35,850 nucleotides of DNA. Origin: Chiloscyllium plagiosum (lineage: Eukaryota). Positions 10,910 to 23,097 of this stretch are shown piece after piece. The stretch covers positions 81,508,591-81,544,440 of the forward strand of contig NC_057718.1 in the NCBI RefSeq assembly GCF_004010195.1, in the 5' to 3' direction. Numbering within the stretch: the first letter of the stretch is position 1; each line of letters starts with the position of its first letter. Both the position numbers and the translations under genes were made by a program. The notes under the pieces are model-generated. The model had not been told where the DNA came from. It made no database searches and was given only the letters and a program-made list of their open reading frames with translations.

Positions 10910-11456
10910 TCACACTGGACTATTGAAACATGTGCAGTATGTTGCTAAGAAAACTACATACAGTTCTGGTCACCCTGCTATAGAAAGGATATTATTAGAT
11001 AGTGCAAAAAAAGAGATCTTCAGGGATGATACCGGGACTGAGGGGTTTGAATTACAGGGAGAGGCTGGATCAGCTGGGACTTCTTTCCCTGGAGGGTGGG
11101 AGGTTGAGCCTTATGCAGGTTTTAAAATCTATGAGGAACATAGATCATGTGAATAGCAAAGGTCTTTTCCCCAGGTGGGGAGTTAAAAACCAGGGGGCAT
11201 AGGTTTAAGATGAGAAGAGAAAGATTTAAAAATGACTTGAGGGACAACTTTTTCATACACAATATATGAAATGAACTGCCAGAGGAAGCGATGAAGGCTG
11301 GTACAGTTATAACATTTAAAGGATATTTGGACAGGAACATGAATAGGAAAGGTTCAGAGGGATATGGGCCAAAAGGCAGTCAATAGGACTGGGAAACCTG
11401 GTCAGCATGGACAAGTTGGGCCAAAGGTCTGTTTCCGTGCTGTATGACTCTATGAC
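10910..11456 (+). mobile_element. CR1/HER1-like 3' fragment
   Basis: MIPGLRGLNYRERLDQLGL; aligns with ~930-1450; GTATGACTCTATGAC tail. Confidence 0.9.
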
Positions 11457-12833
11457 ATGCTGTAAGTGTAATGTTTATGTGGCACAATGACATGTCCATC
11501 CCTTGACTGTTCAGTACTCCCAACCATGACAAGCTTCCAACACATCTCTTGCTTAGAAAAAACACAATGTAAGCTGCTCAGAGGCTGGCAGTCTGCATGT
11601 CCATGCTGAAAAAAAGTCAGTGTGTGCACTAAGAACTTAGTGAGAAGTGGACAGTAATTGGCAGCCTCCAAGAAAAACACAAAGTGAGAAAGCGAGAGCC
11701 GCAAGATGCAACATATACAGATACATGTGATGTATGTGTTCTCCAGTGTGAAATATCAACTGGCAGAAACATGCAAGTCCTAGATCCAAAGTAAAGTGAT
11801 GAAGGGCTGAAGTGCTGACTGAGTTAGTCTCAGAGCAGGTATAGTGATAGTGGTTTGTTTATTGAAATGTCGCAGAGGATGGTACCCGACCATTGAGAAC
11901 CCATTCAGGGTTATTGTTGTGAAGAAATAGTTACATGATGGCCAGGACAAGCATTCAGCAAGCTGCAGCCATGAAGTACCAGTTCAGATTTGTTTCTCAA
12001 TGAAGGAGAGGAGAACCAGAAGTAACATATAAATAGGTGAGATGGAGTTTTGATGGGATGTGAATGCGTGGATAGAAGGGGATAAAAGATAGTTGTGACT
12101 CAGTGGTGAGATTCTGAAGTCACTATTTAAGGCTTGAGAGGAAAAGCTCAAAATATTTCTCTACCTTGAGATTTTGACTTAATTTCCTCTTTCCTTTTTC
12201 ACCTTCTTGCCATTGCTCATACCACACCAGGGACAGGAAGATATTGTCCAACAGGTCAATGAACTTGATTATGAGAAAAGGTATTAGAATTGGTCTTTAA
12301 GGAGGTTATAGCTGGACACTTAGAAAAATTCAAGGCAGTCAGGAAAAGTCAGCATGCTTTTGTGAAAGGGAAATCCTGTTTAATCAACTAATTGGAGCTC
12401 TTCGAAGCAATAACATGCACTATGGATTAACGGGAGTCCATTGGTGCACTGTACTTGGTTTTCCAGAAGGCATTTGACAAGGTGCCACATAAAAATGTTC
12501 CTGCACATATTGGAAGCATGAAATGTGGGGGATAACAGATGAGGACAGATAAAGGATTGACTGGCCAACAGAAACTGAGAGTATGCATAAGTTGTTCACA
12601 TCCATAGATCTGTTTTAGGACTTCAATGTTTAATAATTTATATCAATGACTTGGTTGAGGGGAGTGAAGGCATGTCAGCTAAAATTGCAGATGACACAAA
12701 AATAGGTAGGGAGATAGTTGTGATGAGAACATAAATAGGTTGTGTGAATGGGCACAAATCTGGCATGTAGAATATAATGTGGGAAAATGTGAAATTATTC
12801 ACTATGACAGAAAGAATACAAAGTATTGCCTAA

Positions 12834-13152
12834 TCATAGAATCTCTGAATACACTGTCCCTCCAAAGAGCATCCCACCCACCTTATTCTGGATAACCCAT
12901 GATATTATCATGTTCTGGATTAGTGGCGCTGGAAGAGCACAGCAGTTCAGGCAGCATCCGAGGAGCAGTAAAATCCAATCCTCCCAACCTGTATATATTT
13001 GGACTATGGGAGGAAAGTGGAGAACCTAGCAGAAACCCATGGAGACATAGGGTGAATGTGCGAACTCCACAGGGACAGTCACCCAAGGCTGGAATTGAAC
13101 CAGAGTCCCTGCTGCTGTAAGACAGCAATCCTAACCACTGAGCCACTGTGCC
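12834..13152 (-). mobile_element. HE1-type tRNA-derived SINE, interrupted by a Penelope fragment
   Basis: Minus: A-box TGGCTCAGTGG, B-box GGTTCAATTCC, body GTGGAGTTCGCACATTC, GATTCTATGA tail. Confidence 0.9.
12913..12975 (-). mobile_element. 63-bp Penelope 3'-terminus fragment
   Basis: Minus GATTTTACTGCTCCTCGGATGCTGCCTGAACTGCTGTGCTCTTCCAGC aligns with 19911 onward. Confidence 0.85.
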
Positions 13153-13624
13153 AGGAGTCAATAACTGGAGAACCACTGTAGAATTCCCAAGTGCAGCAGG
13201 TATAGCAAGTACTTAAGGCTAGTAAAATACTATACTTTATTACAAGAGTAATTGATATTAAAAGGAAGGATTTTATTTTCAGTTACACAGGGTACCAGTT
13301 GAGACTGCATTTCCAAAAACTTTTGTAGTTTTGGTCTCCTTATTAAGGGAAGGATGCAAATGGAAGGAGCTGCATTAGGGACATTGACTTTCAGTGAACT
13401 ATCTTCCCTTGCCCTGTCCCCACTAACCGAACTGATGAACTGCCCTGATGATGACTGACTGGGACCCTGACTGATCTCTCTGCGGTTCCCCAATTTGTTT
13501 GTCGTAAATCCTTAGACTAGTTGCACTAGACCTGCAAATCTGACTGTGGCCTGCTCACCGGACTTCAGTGATATGAATCCTTACCCTGACTACCCCAACA
13601 GTTGACTGACCATATCCATATCTT

Positions 13625-13747
13625 GAAGAAGGGCTTATGCCCGAAACGTCGATTCTCCTGTTCCCTGGATGCTGCCTGACCTGCTGCGCTTTTCCAGCAA
13701 CACATTTCCAGCTCTGATCTCCAGCATCTGCAGACCTCACTTTCTCC
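13625..13747 (+). mobile_element. 123-bp Penelope-terminus insertion with 15-bp TSD
   Basis: CCATATCCATATCTT at 13610-13624 and 13748-13762; insert GAAGAAGGGCTTATGCCCGAAACGTCGATTCTCC..CACTTTCTCC homologous to ~19885-20010. Confidence 0.92.
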
Positions 13748-14215
13748 CCATATCCATATCTTACCTGACTGATGACAAGCCTCTCGACTTGAGTGAGGAC
13801 AATGCCCCTTCAACTCTGAGACTTAGCCATTTCCCTGAAACAGATGTGGTGTATTTGTCACAGAAGTTGCTGGTACATGATGTAGCTTTGACACTGTGTT
13901 GTAAAGCAATATATTCACCTCCCTGAATAATCATGCTGACATCCAGAAAAAGCTGCTGGACTTTGTTTGTGCTAAATGACATGTCAACATGGAAGTACTG
14001 TGAGCCTTTAAGTTCTGAAAGAGACAGCAAAGTGCAAAATAACAAGGTAAACACAGCCACTGAGAGAATCCAAGCACACACAAAACAAGTGTATGCAAGG
14101 AAAGCAAGTGAAGAACCTTCCTGTCTGATGCATTAATTGGGTGCTTGTCCTGTGCACAAAGTGGCCTGGCAACAGCCTGGCAATACGAGGGGTTGGTAAA
14201 TTGCAAAGTGCAGAA

Positions 14216-14505
14216 CCACGGTTCGAATCCAGCCTCGGGCAATTGTCTGTGTGGAGTTTGCACATTCTCCCCGTGTCTGTGTGAGTTTCCTCTGGGTGCT
14301 CCAGTTTCCTCCCATAATCCAAAGATGTACAGGTTAGGTGAATTGGCCATGCTAAGTTGCCTGTAGTATTCAGGGATGTGTAGGTTAGGTGCATTAGTCA
14401 GGGGTATATGTAGGATAATAGGGTAGGGGAATGAGTCTGGGTGGGTTACTCTTCGGAGGATCGATGTAGCTGAAAGGCCTGTTTCCACACTGTAGGGATT
14501 CTATG
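14216..14505 (+). mobile_element. HE1-type SINE, 5'-truncated
   Basis: B-box GGTTCGAATCC at 14220, body GTGGAGTTTGCACATTCTCCCCGTGTC, tail CCTGTTTCCACACTGTAGGGATTCTATG. Confidence 0.92.
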
Positions 14506-17284
14506 GAAATGGTGAACTGTGGCAAGGGTCTTCTTGATGTTAAGGCCAAACTGTCACATTTTCTAACCAAGTTCTAGACATTAGAATGAGATTCTCGCTA
14601 GTGAGCTGTGAGAGACCTACTAACAGGGATCATCACCCTCACTGCTACTTAATCTTACCTCATTAATATGCATCTTTCCATTCCATCACCTGGATGGGAT
14701 CTAGACACTGAGAATTCCCGACATGACATTTCCAACCTGGTGACTCCTGCTTGCTCCTCCGAACCTCCATTTTGGTTACCATTGTCCCAGTGCACCCTCT
14801 GTGGTCAGAGGCTGCATGCCATCAATGACTATGCACCTTGGCATCCAACAGACAATCCTCAACATCATTGCACTACCCCAATCCACTTATTGTACATGTC
14901 TGTACTTGCCTTGGAGCACACTGGCATCTTTCACTGCAATGCTGCCATCAGGACACTCGCACTTGTTTGTGCTGGTACAGGTAGGGATAAGATGCTGAGG
15001 TGTGTCCTGAGTGAGTGAGTAGGAGGCAAAGAGGCATGCAGGGTGAGGAGAATGGGGAGACTGGGGAGGTGAGAGTGAGTGAGGGAAGACACTGCATGCT
15101 ATCATGAGAATGGTCGACCAGGAGCCTTGGTGGGAGGTGGGTATAGTAACAGAGATAGAGTGAGTGTGAGGTATTGGCAAGATGGTGGCACTTAGCCTGG
15201 CAGAGCAGAGAAGGTTGATTACGTTTTTACAGCATTGCTAGGCATTTATTCAGACTGTCAATACTGCACTGACAGAGGCAACCCTGGACTAGTCTGGCAG
15301 CATCTGGTGTCTTTACCCAGGCAGGAGAGGACGCCACAGGGTTAGCAATTAACAGTTTCATTCAAATGTACCAGCAGACACAGGAACAGCAGCTAGGTCT
15401 GTCAGAGACACTGGGTAAGCTGACTCTCAGGTTACAGGACCGCACCAATGCTATTTGCACTGTGTTGCCTCAGGTACACGAACTGCTGCTGCCTCGACGG
15501 ACAGGTTAGTGGTGGCTGTGTCAGGTCCAGTCCAGCTCCACCTCAGGATTTAGCTGGAGATGTGCACAGACCTGCACTCCATCACTCTGGTCAATGGTGC
15601 TCAGCACCAACATATCTGGACCATCCAGTCACAAACAGGCCTTGAGTTGTCAGCTAAAACCCCCAGGGAAAAATGGGTTCCACCAAAAGGCAGGCTCCCT
15701 CCAGACCAGGACTGCACCGACATGTTGTGGGAAGGAAAGAAAGAAGACCCTCTGAGGGCACATTGGTAGCAAGGCTGACATTTCATTGTGAATACATTCT
15801 CATGTTTGTAAATATATGCCCACTTTTCATCATTAGCTGTGAGTGAATATCCTTCTAGCTGCAACTGTAACATTGAAGGTACAGAGTGTAGCCATTGTCA
15901 ACACTACATCCAGGTGTGAAGTAAGCAACTCCTGTACCATGTGCAGCCTGTGGGACCTGGAAGGTGATTGCTACTATAGTCATGGGGGTGAATCTTTCTA
16001 AGTCACTACACATTGCATGTGAAATTGATTCCTGATGCTGCATGATTCAAAGCTTTTGGGACCAAGGATTGAAATGCACACAGTAGGTTAATGCTGAAGG
16101 TTTATATACAGCATGCAGAAATGTTTGTCTCCTGTTCTGAGTGAGTGTCTGTATAATGGTGTAACCCTATGAAAGGCATTTCATTACTCAGACTTCTAAT
16201 ACTTCCTTCCTCTAGCCACCTCTTCACTGGCTTGGATGAAAAACCCTGATTGGTGTCTCACCAGATTCCGGACTGATAGAGCAGATTATGGCTCACTCCC
16301 TGAATTGTGTGGGTACAAATCCCCTGAACCTGACCACCCCAAATAAGTAACTGCCAGTATCTGAGCCTCTTGACTGAGGTCAGAGGCTGTCCTTGAACTT
16401 CTGTGCAAAGAACCCCTGACTGAAGGCTGCCTCCCCTTAGACCTGGAGACATGACCACTCGCTTGATGCACATACTGTGTTTGACACATACATTGCAGAA
16501 ACATGTTGGAGTTATGAGCCTGAGGTAGCATGTCCCTTGACTGTTCACTGCTGTTCAACTATGAAATGCTGCCTGGCTTTGTGACTGCAATCAAAGGAAA
16601 GTCCAGTCGGAAGAACATTGTGCCCCTTCCCTCTGGCCGATAGGGTAAAGCAGAAATGCTGTGAGCATTCAATCATTTCAAAGCAAATGAGCACTAAGAT
16701 CAAGCGAGGATTCGTGAGATCCCTGGTTGAATCTAACAGATGGATACAAGGCCCTTCCTTTCAGCAGTATTCCAAAGAAAGGTTTTGATGCACTTCAAAA
16801 TGCAACATTGAAGACCCTTTTCAATCAGACATGTGCCATGAGGATGCAGTGAGGCTGGTATATGTCAATTCCAATATCCATGGACTGGGGGTTAGGGGCT
16901 GCTGGGTGTGTGTGGTCACTACCCATGAAGTGTGCCCTGACAAGGCGAAGCCTGGTGTTGAAGATAGAAGTCCAGGTGAACAAGCAACGATCTGGACCCT
17001 CAACAGATTCCCACACTGGCTCTCATGTCAGGAATTGTCGCTGTCCAGTTTCTATCTATGGGCGGGAGGGTGGGAAACTGTGTTTTAATGAAGTTAACTA
17101 CTAATGAGATGTTAATGCATGTAAATTGGCCTCTCACTGCTCCCTCGAGAGAATCCCATCTTACCATACAACACTTGGTTGAAAAATGGGTGATCCTAAT
17201 GTTGATTAGCTCTTTGTTGGTTATCTCATACGATTTTCTCAACTTTCTCTGCCCACATCATTCAGTGCCTGGGAAGATTATGCC
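14506..17284. mobile_element. Decayed PIF/Harbinger-like DNA transposon with long diverged (sub)terminal inverted repeats; left end obscured by the SINE
   Basis: ~14555-14726 is an imperfect reverse complement of ~17023-17190 (e.g. GAGAATTCCCGACATGA vs TCATGTCAGGAATTGTC); Myb-like remnant inside; right end GGGAAGATTATGCC. Confidence 0.6.
15196..15345 (-). pseudogene. Second Harbinger-type Myb/SANT exon remnant (3' half)
   Basis: Minus reads RVASVSAVLTV*INA*QCCKNVINLLCSAR then CTAAGT (decayed donor); parallels VSAASPMDRNSQ*KDSDLLCFAR|GTAA at 8396. Confidence 0.6.
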
Positions 17285-17420
17285 TCATTGGTCCACCTCC
17301 CTGACAACACTGAGGTTAAACTATATGTTTATATTTTTGGTATCATACAAGACATTGAGACAAGCCTCCTTTAATAATCATGCCATTACTAAGACTGTTT
17401 ATCACTCCCTCCATTAATAT

Positions 17421-17442
17421 CCCCCCCCCCCCCCCCCCCCCC
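17421..17442. repeat. C22 homopolymer
   Basis: 22 consecutive C inside the L2 remnant. Confidence 0.95.
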
Positions 17443-19225
17443 ACTCCCTGACTTTCTCACGACTCAGCTCATCTCCGGCTGAAAGTTTATTTTCATGCCT
17501 TTATTCTCTCCACAATTCACCATTCCAGTACAGTTTTGGCTGGTCCCCTTCATTCCAATCTCTGGACACACTTAGTCATTCAAACCTTCGTTGTCTGTGT
17601 CTTAACTTGCATAAGGCCCTATTCACATACTCAACCTGCTTTGGTTCCAAATCAAACAATTCTTGATGATTTTAAAAACAAATCACATCCTGGTTTATAA
17701 ATTGTTCCATGGTCTCTCCACTCCATTTTTCTGTCATCATCTTCAGCCACACAACCCTTTGAGATACCTGAGCTCCTCTTGAGCATCTCCAGTTTTATTT
17801 ACTTCACCCACCATTGGAGACTGCCTAACTCCTGAGCTTTGAAATTCCCTCCTTTTTTTAAATATGTTTTTATTAATAAAAAATAAATTACAACAAATAC
17901 AAAATGATGCAATTCAAAACAAAATAGTACAAAACTAAACCCAAATAATAAAAAAACTTCCCCAACCCACCCCCCTATACAAATGTATAAACATATATAG
18001 AGAAGTATAAAATTAAAAAAAACCTAAACTAGCTATTTAACTAAATAAATAAATACCGAACAACAAACAAGTAAATAGTAATAACTCAGCCCAGCCAAAC
18101 AAAACACTCATATATTCATAGTTCCTCCTCCCTGGATACTGGACTCATGAAACACAATTGTTGCGGCTGTATAAAAGCCCTTGTTAGTGTGGCAGATAAA
18201 TCTGTGTCCAGGTATTTCAAAAAAGTTTGCCATGTCTTGTAAAAATTCTCAGTTTTGTGGTGTACCATATTTGTGAGAAAATCCAGGGGAATATGCTCCA
18301 TAACAATCTTCCGCCAACCTGACAGGCCTGGGATTTTTTTGGATATCCAACCTAGCAAGATATTCTTCCTTACACAGAATGTAAGAATATTGAAATGTTT
18401 TTTCTTATCCGAGTCTGCAGGAAATACAGTGGATAGGCCCAAAAGGAGAGAAATGGGGTCCTTCTCCACCTCTACACCTAAAATCCTCTCCATTGCACCC
18501 ACCACAGCGCTCCAATATGTTTGAAGCCTGTCACAAGACCAAAGACAATGGGTAAGAGTGCCCGTGCAGACCTTGCACTTGGGCCATGCTGAAGATACCC
18601 CTGGTTTAAATTTTGACAAACGGTCTGGGGCTAAGTGGACCCTATGGAGAATCTTCAACTGTAAAGCATGGGTCCTATTGCAAATTGATATCTTCCTTGC
18701 ATTGTCCCAAATATCCTCCCATGCCTCTGAAGAAACTCTCTTTCCCACATCTTGCAGATCAATCAGACTCATCTGAGTGGCACCTCCCAATTGGTGATAT
18801 AGAGTACTGACAGAGAGTGTACTCTTAGTCCTTAGTACCCCTCTTTTTATGTCAGATTTGTAGGGATCAGTCAAAAGCGTGGTCTTTTTTTGAATAAAAT
18901 CCCTAACTTGAAAAATCCGTACTTCCATACTAACTGATCGAAGAACATTATTACATCTCCCTCAAATAAATCACCCATGCAAGATATACCCCTAGCTGCC
19001 CAACGTTTAAATCCTGAATCTATCATACCCAGTTGAAAACCCGGCATACCTACTAAAGGTGTAAACAAAGATGTTTTGCCAATATTACCTTCCCTCTGCT
19101 GAATTGCCCTCCATGCTTTAACAGTATTGATGATTATTGGGTTATGACAATATTCCCTAGCTGTCCTCACCTTGTCCAAAAACAGCAAACTAGTAAGGGG
19201 GCACCTTGCCTGGGAAGCTTCAATT

Positions 19226-20010
19226 ACCAACCTTTGCATAAACCAAATCATCCGCCGACATTTCCGCCACCTCCAAACGGACCCCACCACAGGGATATAT
19301 TTCCCTCCCCACCCCTTTCCGCCTTCCACAAAGACCGTTCCCTCTGTGACTACCTGGTCAGGTCCATGCCCCCCAACAACCCACTCGCCCGTCTTGGCAC
19401 CTTCCCCTGCCACCGCAGGAATTGCAAAACCTGCGCCCACACCTCCCCCCTCACCTCCATCCAAGGCCCTAAAGGAGCCTTCCACATCCATCAAAGTTTT
19501 ACCTGCACATCCACCAATATCATTTATTGTATCCGTTGCTCCCGATGCGGTCTCCTCTGTATTGGGGAGACTGGACGCAGTCTATATCCTAGCAGAGCGC
19601 TTTAGGGAACATCTCTGGGACACCCACACCAATCAACCACACCGCCCTGTGGCCCAACATTTCAACTCCCCCTCCCACTCTGCCGAGGACATGGAGGTCC
19701 TGGGCCTCCTTCACAGCCGCTCCCTCACCACCAGACGCCTGGAGGAAGANNNNNNNNNNNNNNNNNNNNNNNNNNNNNNTCATCCCCTCCCCCACTCACC
19801 TATTGTACTCTATATGACTTTCTCCCCACCCCCACCCTCCTCTCATTTATCCCGCCACCCTTCAGGCTCTCTGTCTGTATTCCTGATGAAGGGCTTTTGC
19901 CCGAAACGTCGATTTTGCTGCTTCTCAGATGCTGCCTGAACTGCTGTGCTTTTCCAGTACCACTCTAATCACGAATCTGGTTTCCAGCATCTGCAGTCAT
20001 TGTTTTTACC
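19226..20010 (+). mobile_element. Penelope-like retroelement, 5'-truncated: GIY-YIG endonuclease remnant plus 3' terminus; contains 30-N gap (19750-19779)
   Basis: CHRRNCKTC..FTCTSTNIIYCIRCSRCGLLCIGETGR, then AERFREH..PVAQHFNSPSH in another frame; inserted antisense in L1 ORF2. Confidence 0.93.
19877..19916 (+). ncRNA. Minimal type I hammerhead ribozyme motif (Penelope type)
   Basis: CTGATGA 19883-19889, extra A, stem II GGGC-TTTT-GCCC 19891-19902, GAAA 19903-19906, palindromic ACGT, GTC triplet ending 19910; stem I is weak. Confidence 0.8.
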
Positions 20011-22153
20011 ATGATGAAAGAGGGTCCCCACAAACCCAATCACTCACGTGGGTCAAAAGCAAGCTTAATTGGTAATATTTAATGTCCAGGAGGTCTACTC
20101 CCCCCAATCTTTGAGGCAACTGCAGTTTTGCTAATTTAATGAGGGGCCATGTACGGTGCCAGATAAAGGAGCTGAACCAACCGTTCAATCTCCTGAGTGT
20201 TTGTTTATTGAAAATCAGGGGGAGCATCCATATAGGGTATAGCAAACGGAGGAGAATATTCATCTTAATGAGCGCTATCCGACCCAACCACGAGACTGGA
20301 ATTGCCTCCCATCTTTGGAGATCTTGTTTAATTTTTTCAAATAATTGAGTAAAATTGGCTTTGAACAGCCAATCCAGAACTGGAGTAATGAATATGCCCA
20401 AATACACAAAACCCTCCTGTGACCACCTAAATGGGAATCTATAGTCACTCTCAAGAACCAACTCTTTCGTAAGACCACCCATAGGCATAGCCTCTGATTT
20501 AGCAAAATTAATCTTATACCCTGAAAAAGCGCCAAACGCGTGAATGCATTGTATCAGGCAAGGCACTGAGACTGCTGGATTTGTCACGAAAATTAGAACA
20601 TCATCTGCATACAGCGAGATCTTATGTAATTTTGACCCCACTTCTGGAGCTGATATATTGAGATCCCCTCCGAACGGCCTCTGCCAACGGTTCAATCACC
20701 AATGTAAAAAGTAATGGTGAAAGGGGACAGCCCTGCCGGCTGCCCCTAGAAATATTAAAATTGCTTGATCGTACCCTTTAAAATGCCGTGAGAGGTTCCC
20801 AGACCATGCCCTAATTGCTGTAATGGTTTGTGGGGCACTTCTCTTTCTGGCAAGGTATGCTAAGTATTTGCCTGGCTTGTCCCCAAGCTCATAAGGTACC
20901 CTCTACAGTGTACCTCTCACGTACATTATACTGCAGGGGTCAGAAAAAAATCAATCCTCGTGTGAATCTATGCGGATTGGAGAAAAACGTGAAATCCCTC
21001 CCTGTAGGTTGGAGACACCTCCAGAAGTCCACCAACCCTAATTCCCCACACAAACCCAATAACTGTTCAGTTTGTGCAGAGGGTATCGAGGGACCTTTCA
21101 GCAACCTGTCTACTGTGGGGTCCATGAGGCTGTTAAAATCTCCCTCTATAATGATGTGCCGAGACTTGAAAATTATCAGTTTAGAAAAAGCATCTACCAA
21201 GAATTTAAGAGGATGAGCTGGGGGACAATAAACATTTAAAATACCATATTCTTCCCCATTTATCAAGGCTTTAAGAATTACAAACCTTCCATGTGTCTTT
21301 AACACGTACCAACAATTTAAATGAGAGATTTTCCTAACCCATATAGCCACTCTCCTATTTCTGGTATTAAATTATGAAAAATAAACTAGGTCAAAGCCAT
21401 TCTGCTGTAATTTCAGATGCTCCTTGTTATCCAAATGTGTCTCCTATAACAAAGTAATATCCACCTTCTTCTTTCCAAGACTCGAGTACCTTCTTCCTCT
21501 TAATTGGTGAGTGACTTCCCTTGATATTCCAGGTACACCATTTAATCAAATCATTAGCCATATTCTTCTGCAATTACATTTAAATTCCAGAGAGGAGGAA
21601 CCCGAACCCAAATTGCTGAGCCTTAGTGTCGCATGGTCCACCAAATATAAAAACTACATAAACTAAAACCACTACATTTAACAAACATACAAAATTATTA
21701 AAAATAAAAAGCAACAAAAACCAGAAAACAAACCAACATATAAAACGCCAATAGCGCTTCAACCCCTGCCCGAAGGGGGCAACTACCCGTCCTGAGCTGC
21801 CCATAAATAGGCATCTAACCATCTCAACCACCTTCACTTCTCCCAGCTAGGGCTGCATCGCAAGCACAAGCTAAAAAGAATAAACACCCCACAGAATATC
21901 AATATGAATAAAAAAACATTCTTTTATAAAAAAAAGTGAATAAATACCCCACCCATCCTTTGGTATGTCCTAACTTAGAAATTTAAAATGTACATCTTAA
22001 CCACCGCCAGACAAAGTTTGAACCAAATTATTATCAATAGAGGGAAAAAAAGGGGGGGAAAACAAAGCTCCAACTGGATTTCTTCCATTTCTTTTACAGA
22101 ATGATAAACGCATACCCAAGCAACAATATTTATACGTACTACAATTGTTTAAA

Positions 22154-22911
22154 TTAGGTTAGTTTGTCCACAAAGTCTCTTGCCTTCTCTGATTGTCAAA
22201 GAGATGGTGGATCCATCTAAGGTATCCGAAGCACTGCCGGATATCTCAGGGAGTACTGAATCCCAAGCTCCTTCAATCTTCTCTTGACACCATCATACGA
22301 TTTTTGTTTCTGGATCACCACCGCTGAAAAGTCCTGAAAAAACTTGATCTTAAACACCTCGTAAATTAGGGCTTTTGGATCCTTCCCCTGGAGTCTGGAA
22401 GCCTCCATTACTCTCTCCTTATCTCAGTAATGATGGAACAGCACCAGGAAAGGACGAGTGCGTTGACCCAGACCCGACCTCCGCACTGCGACCCGGTGAG
22501 CCCTCTCTATCTTCAATCCTCTCATGCCAGGCTCCAAGTCAAGGAATTTCGGAAGCCAATCTTCCATAAATTCCGCAGGCCGCTCACCTTTCTTACCCTC
22601 AGGCAGGCCGATGATCCGAATATTTTTCTCCTGCCCCTGTTTGCAAGATCATCCACTCGGTCACGCAAATTACGAACCTGCGTCTTCAGGGCTTGGATCT
22701 CATCCTTGAATGAACTGACATCAGCTTCCACCACTGTGACCCTGTGCTCCACCTCATCCGTCCTCTTCTCCAGGTCTCCCAACTGCTGCTTATGCTTCTC
22801 GCGGGATTTCGAGAGCTGGTTCACCAGGTCCTGGAGAGTAATCGGCTCCGAGGCTGCTGCAGGCTGAGCTGCAGACCCGGTCTCGGATGCTCCTCCACCC
22901 TTTTTAGGCAT
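22154..22911 (-). pseudogene. L1 ORF1 remnant (coiled coil, RRM/CTD)
   Basis: LGDLEKRTDEVEHRVTVVE..LRDRVDDLANRGRRK, KIKFFQDFS, YSLRYPAVLRI; frameshifted. Confidence 0.9.
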
Positions 22912-23076
22912 TTCTGGACAGCTGAAAATACAGGTAAGTCAATTTTTAAATGTTTCTTGGGGCTCCACAATCTTTCCAATGCCCCATGAAATCCTGATGA
23001 CCTGGGTTAGGCGGGTTAAAGAACCGTCCTGCTCCTGCTGCGATGCGAAGCTCTGCAGTGTGATCTTCTTAGATCA

Positions 23077-23097
23077 CTGCCATCTTAGATCCCCCCC
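23077..23097 (-). promoter_or_regulatory. YY1-like site at the L1 5' terminus (internal promoter)
   Basis: G-run then TAAGATGGCAG, the same placement as the AAGATGGC YY1 site of mammalian L1. Confidence 0.65.

Larger units (their letters stand above)
12225..13380 (+). mobile_element. Decayed CR1 RT region hosting a SINE at 12834-13152
   Basis: SQHAFVKGKSCLIN, FQKAFDKVPH, YINDL..KIADDTKIG, NVGKCEIIH readable; resumes weakly after 13155. Confidence 0.8.
18116..21561 (-). pseudogene. L1 ORF2 remnant (APE, partial RT, C-terminal Cys-rich region)
   Basis: [84 protein letters not shown]; frameshifts, deletions, Penelope insertion. Confidence 0.92.
17854..23097 (-). mobile_element. L1-clade LINE, both ends present, internally deleted, 13-bp decayed TSD
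   Basis: 5' GGGGGGGATCTAAGATGGCAG; ORF1 and ORF2 remnants; AATAAA plus short A tail at ~17854-17875 (minus); TSD GAAATTCCCTCCT (17841-17853) vs GGAATTCCTTCTT (23098-23110), 10/13. Confidence 0.93.

Noticed and set aside
13430..13460. Two CTGATGA heptamers (another near 13769) as hammerheads
   Set aside because: No stem II followed by GAAA.
14220..14232. tRNA gene suggested by the perfect B-box
   Set aside because: Part of a SINE head; no cloverleaf.
18871..19494. 207-aa ORF as an L1-Penelope fusion protein
   Set aside because: Antisense Penelope sequence reading by chance into a broken L1 ORF2 frame.
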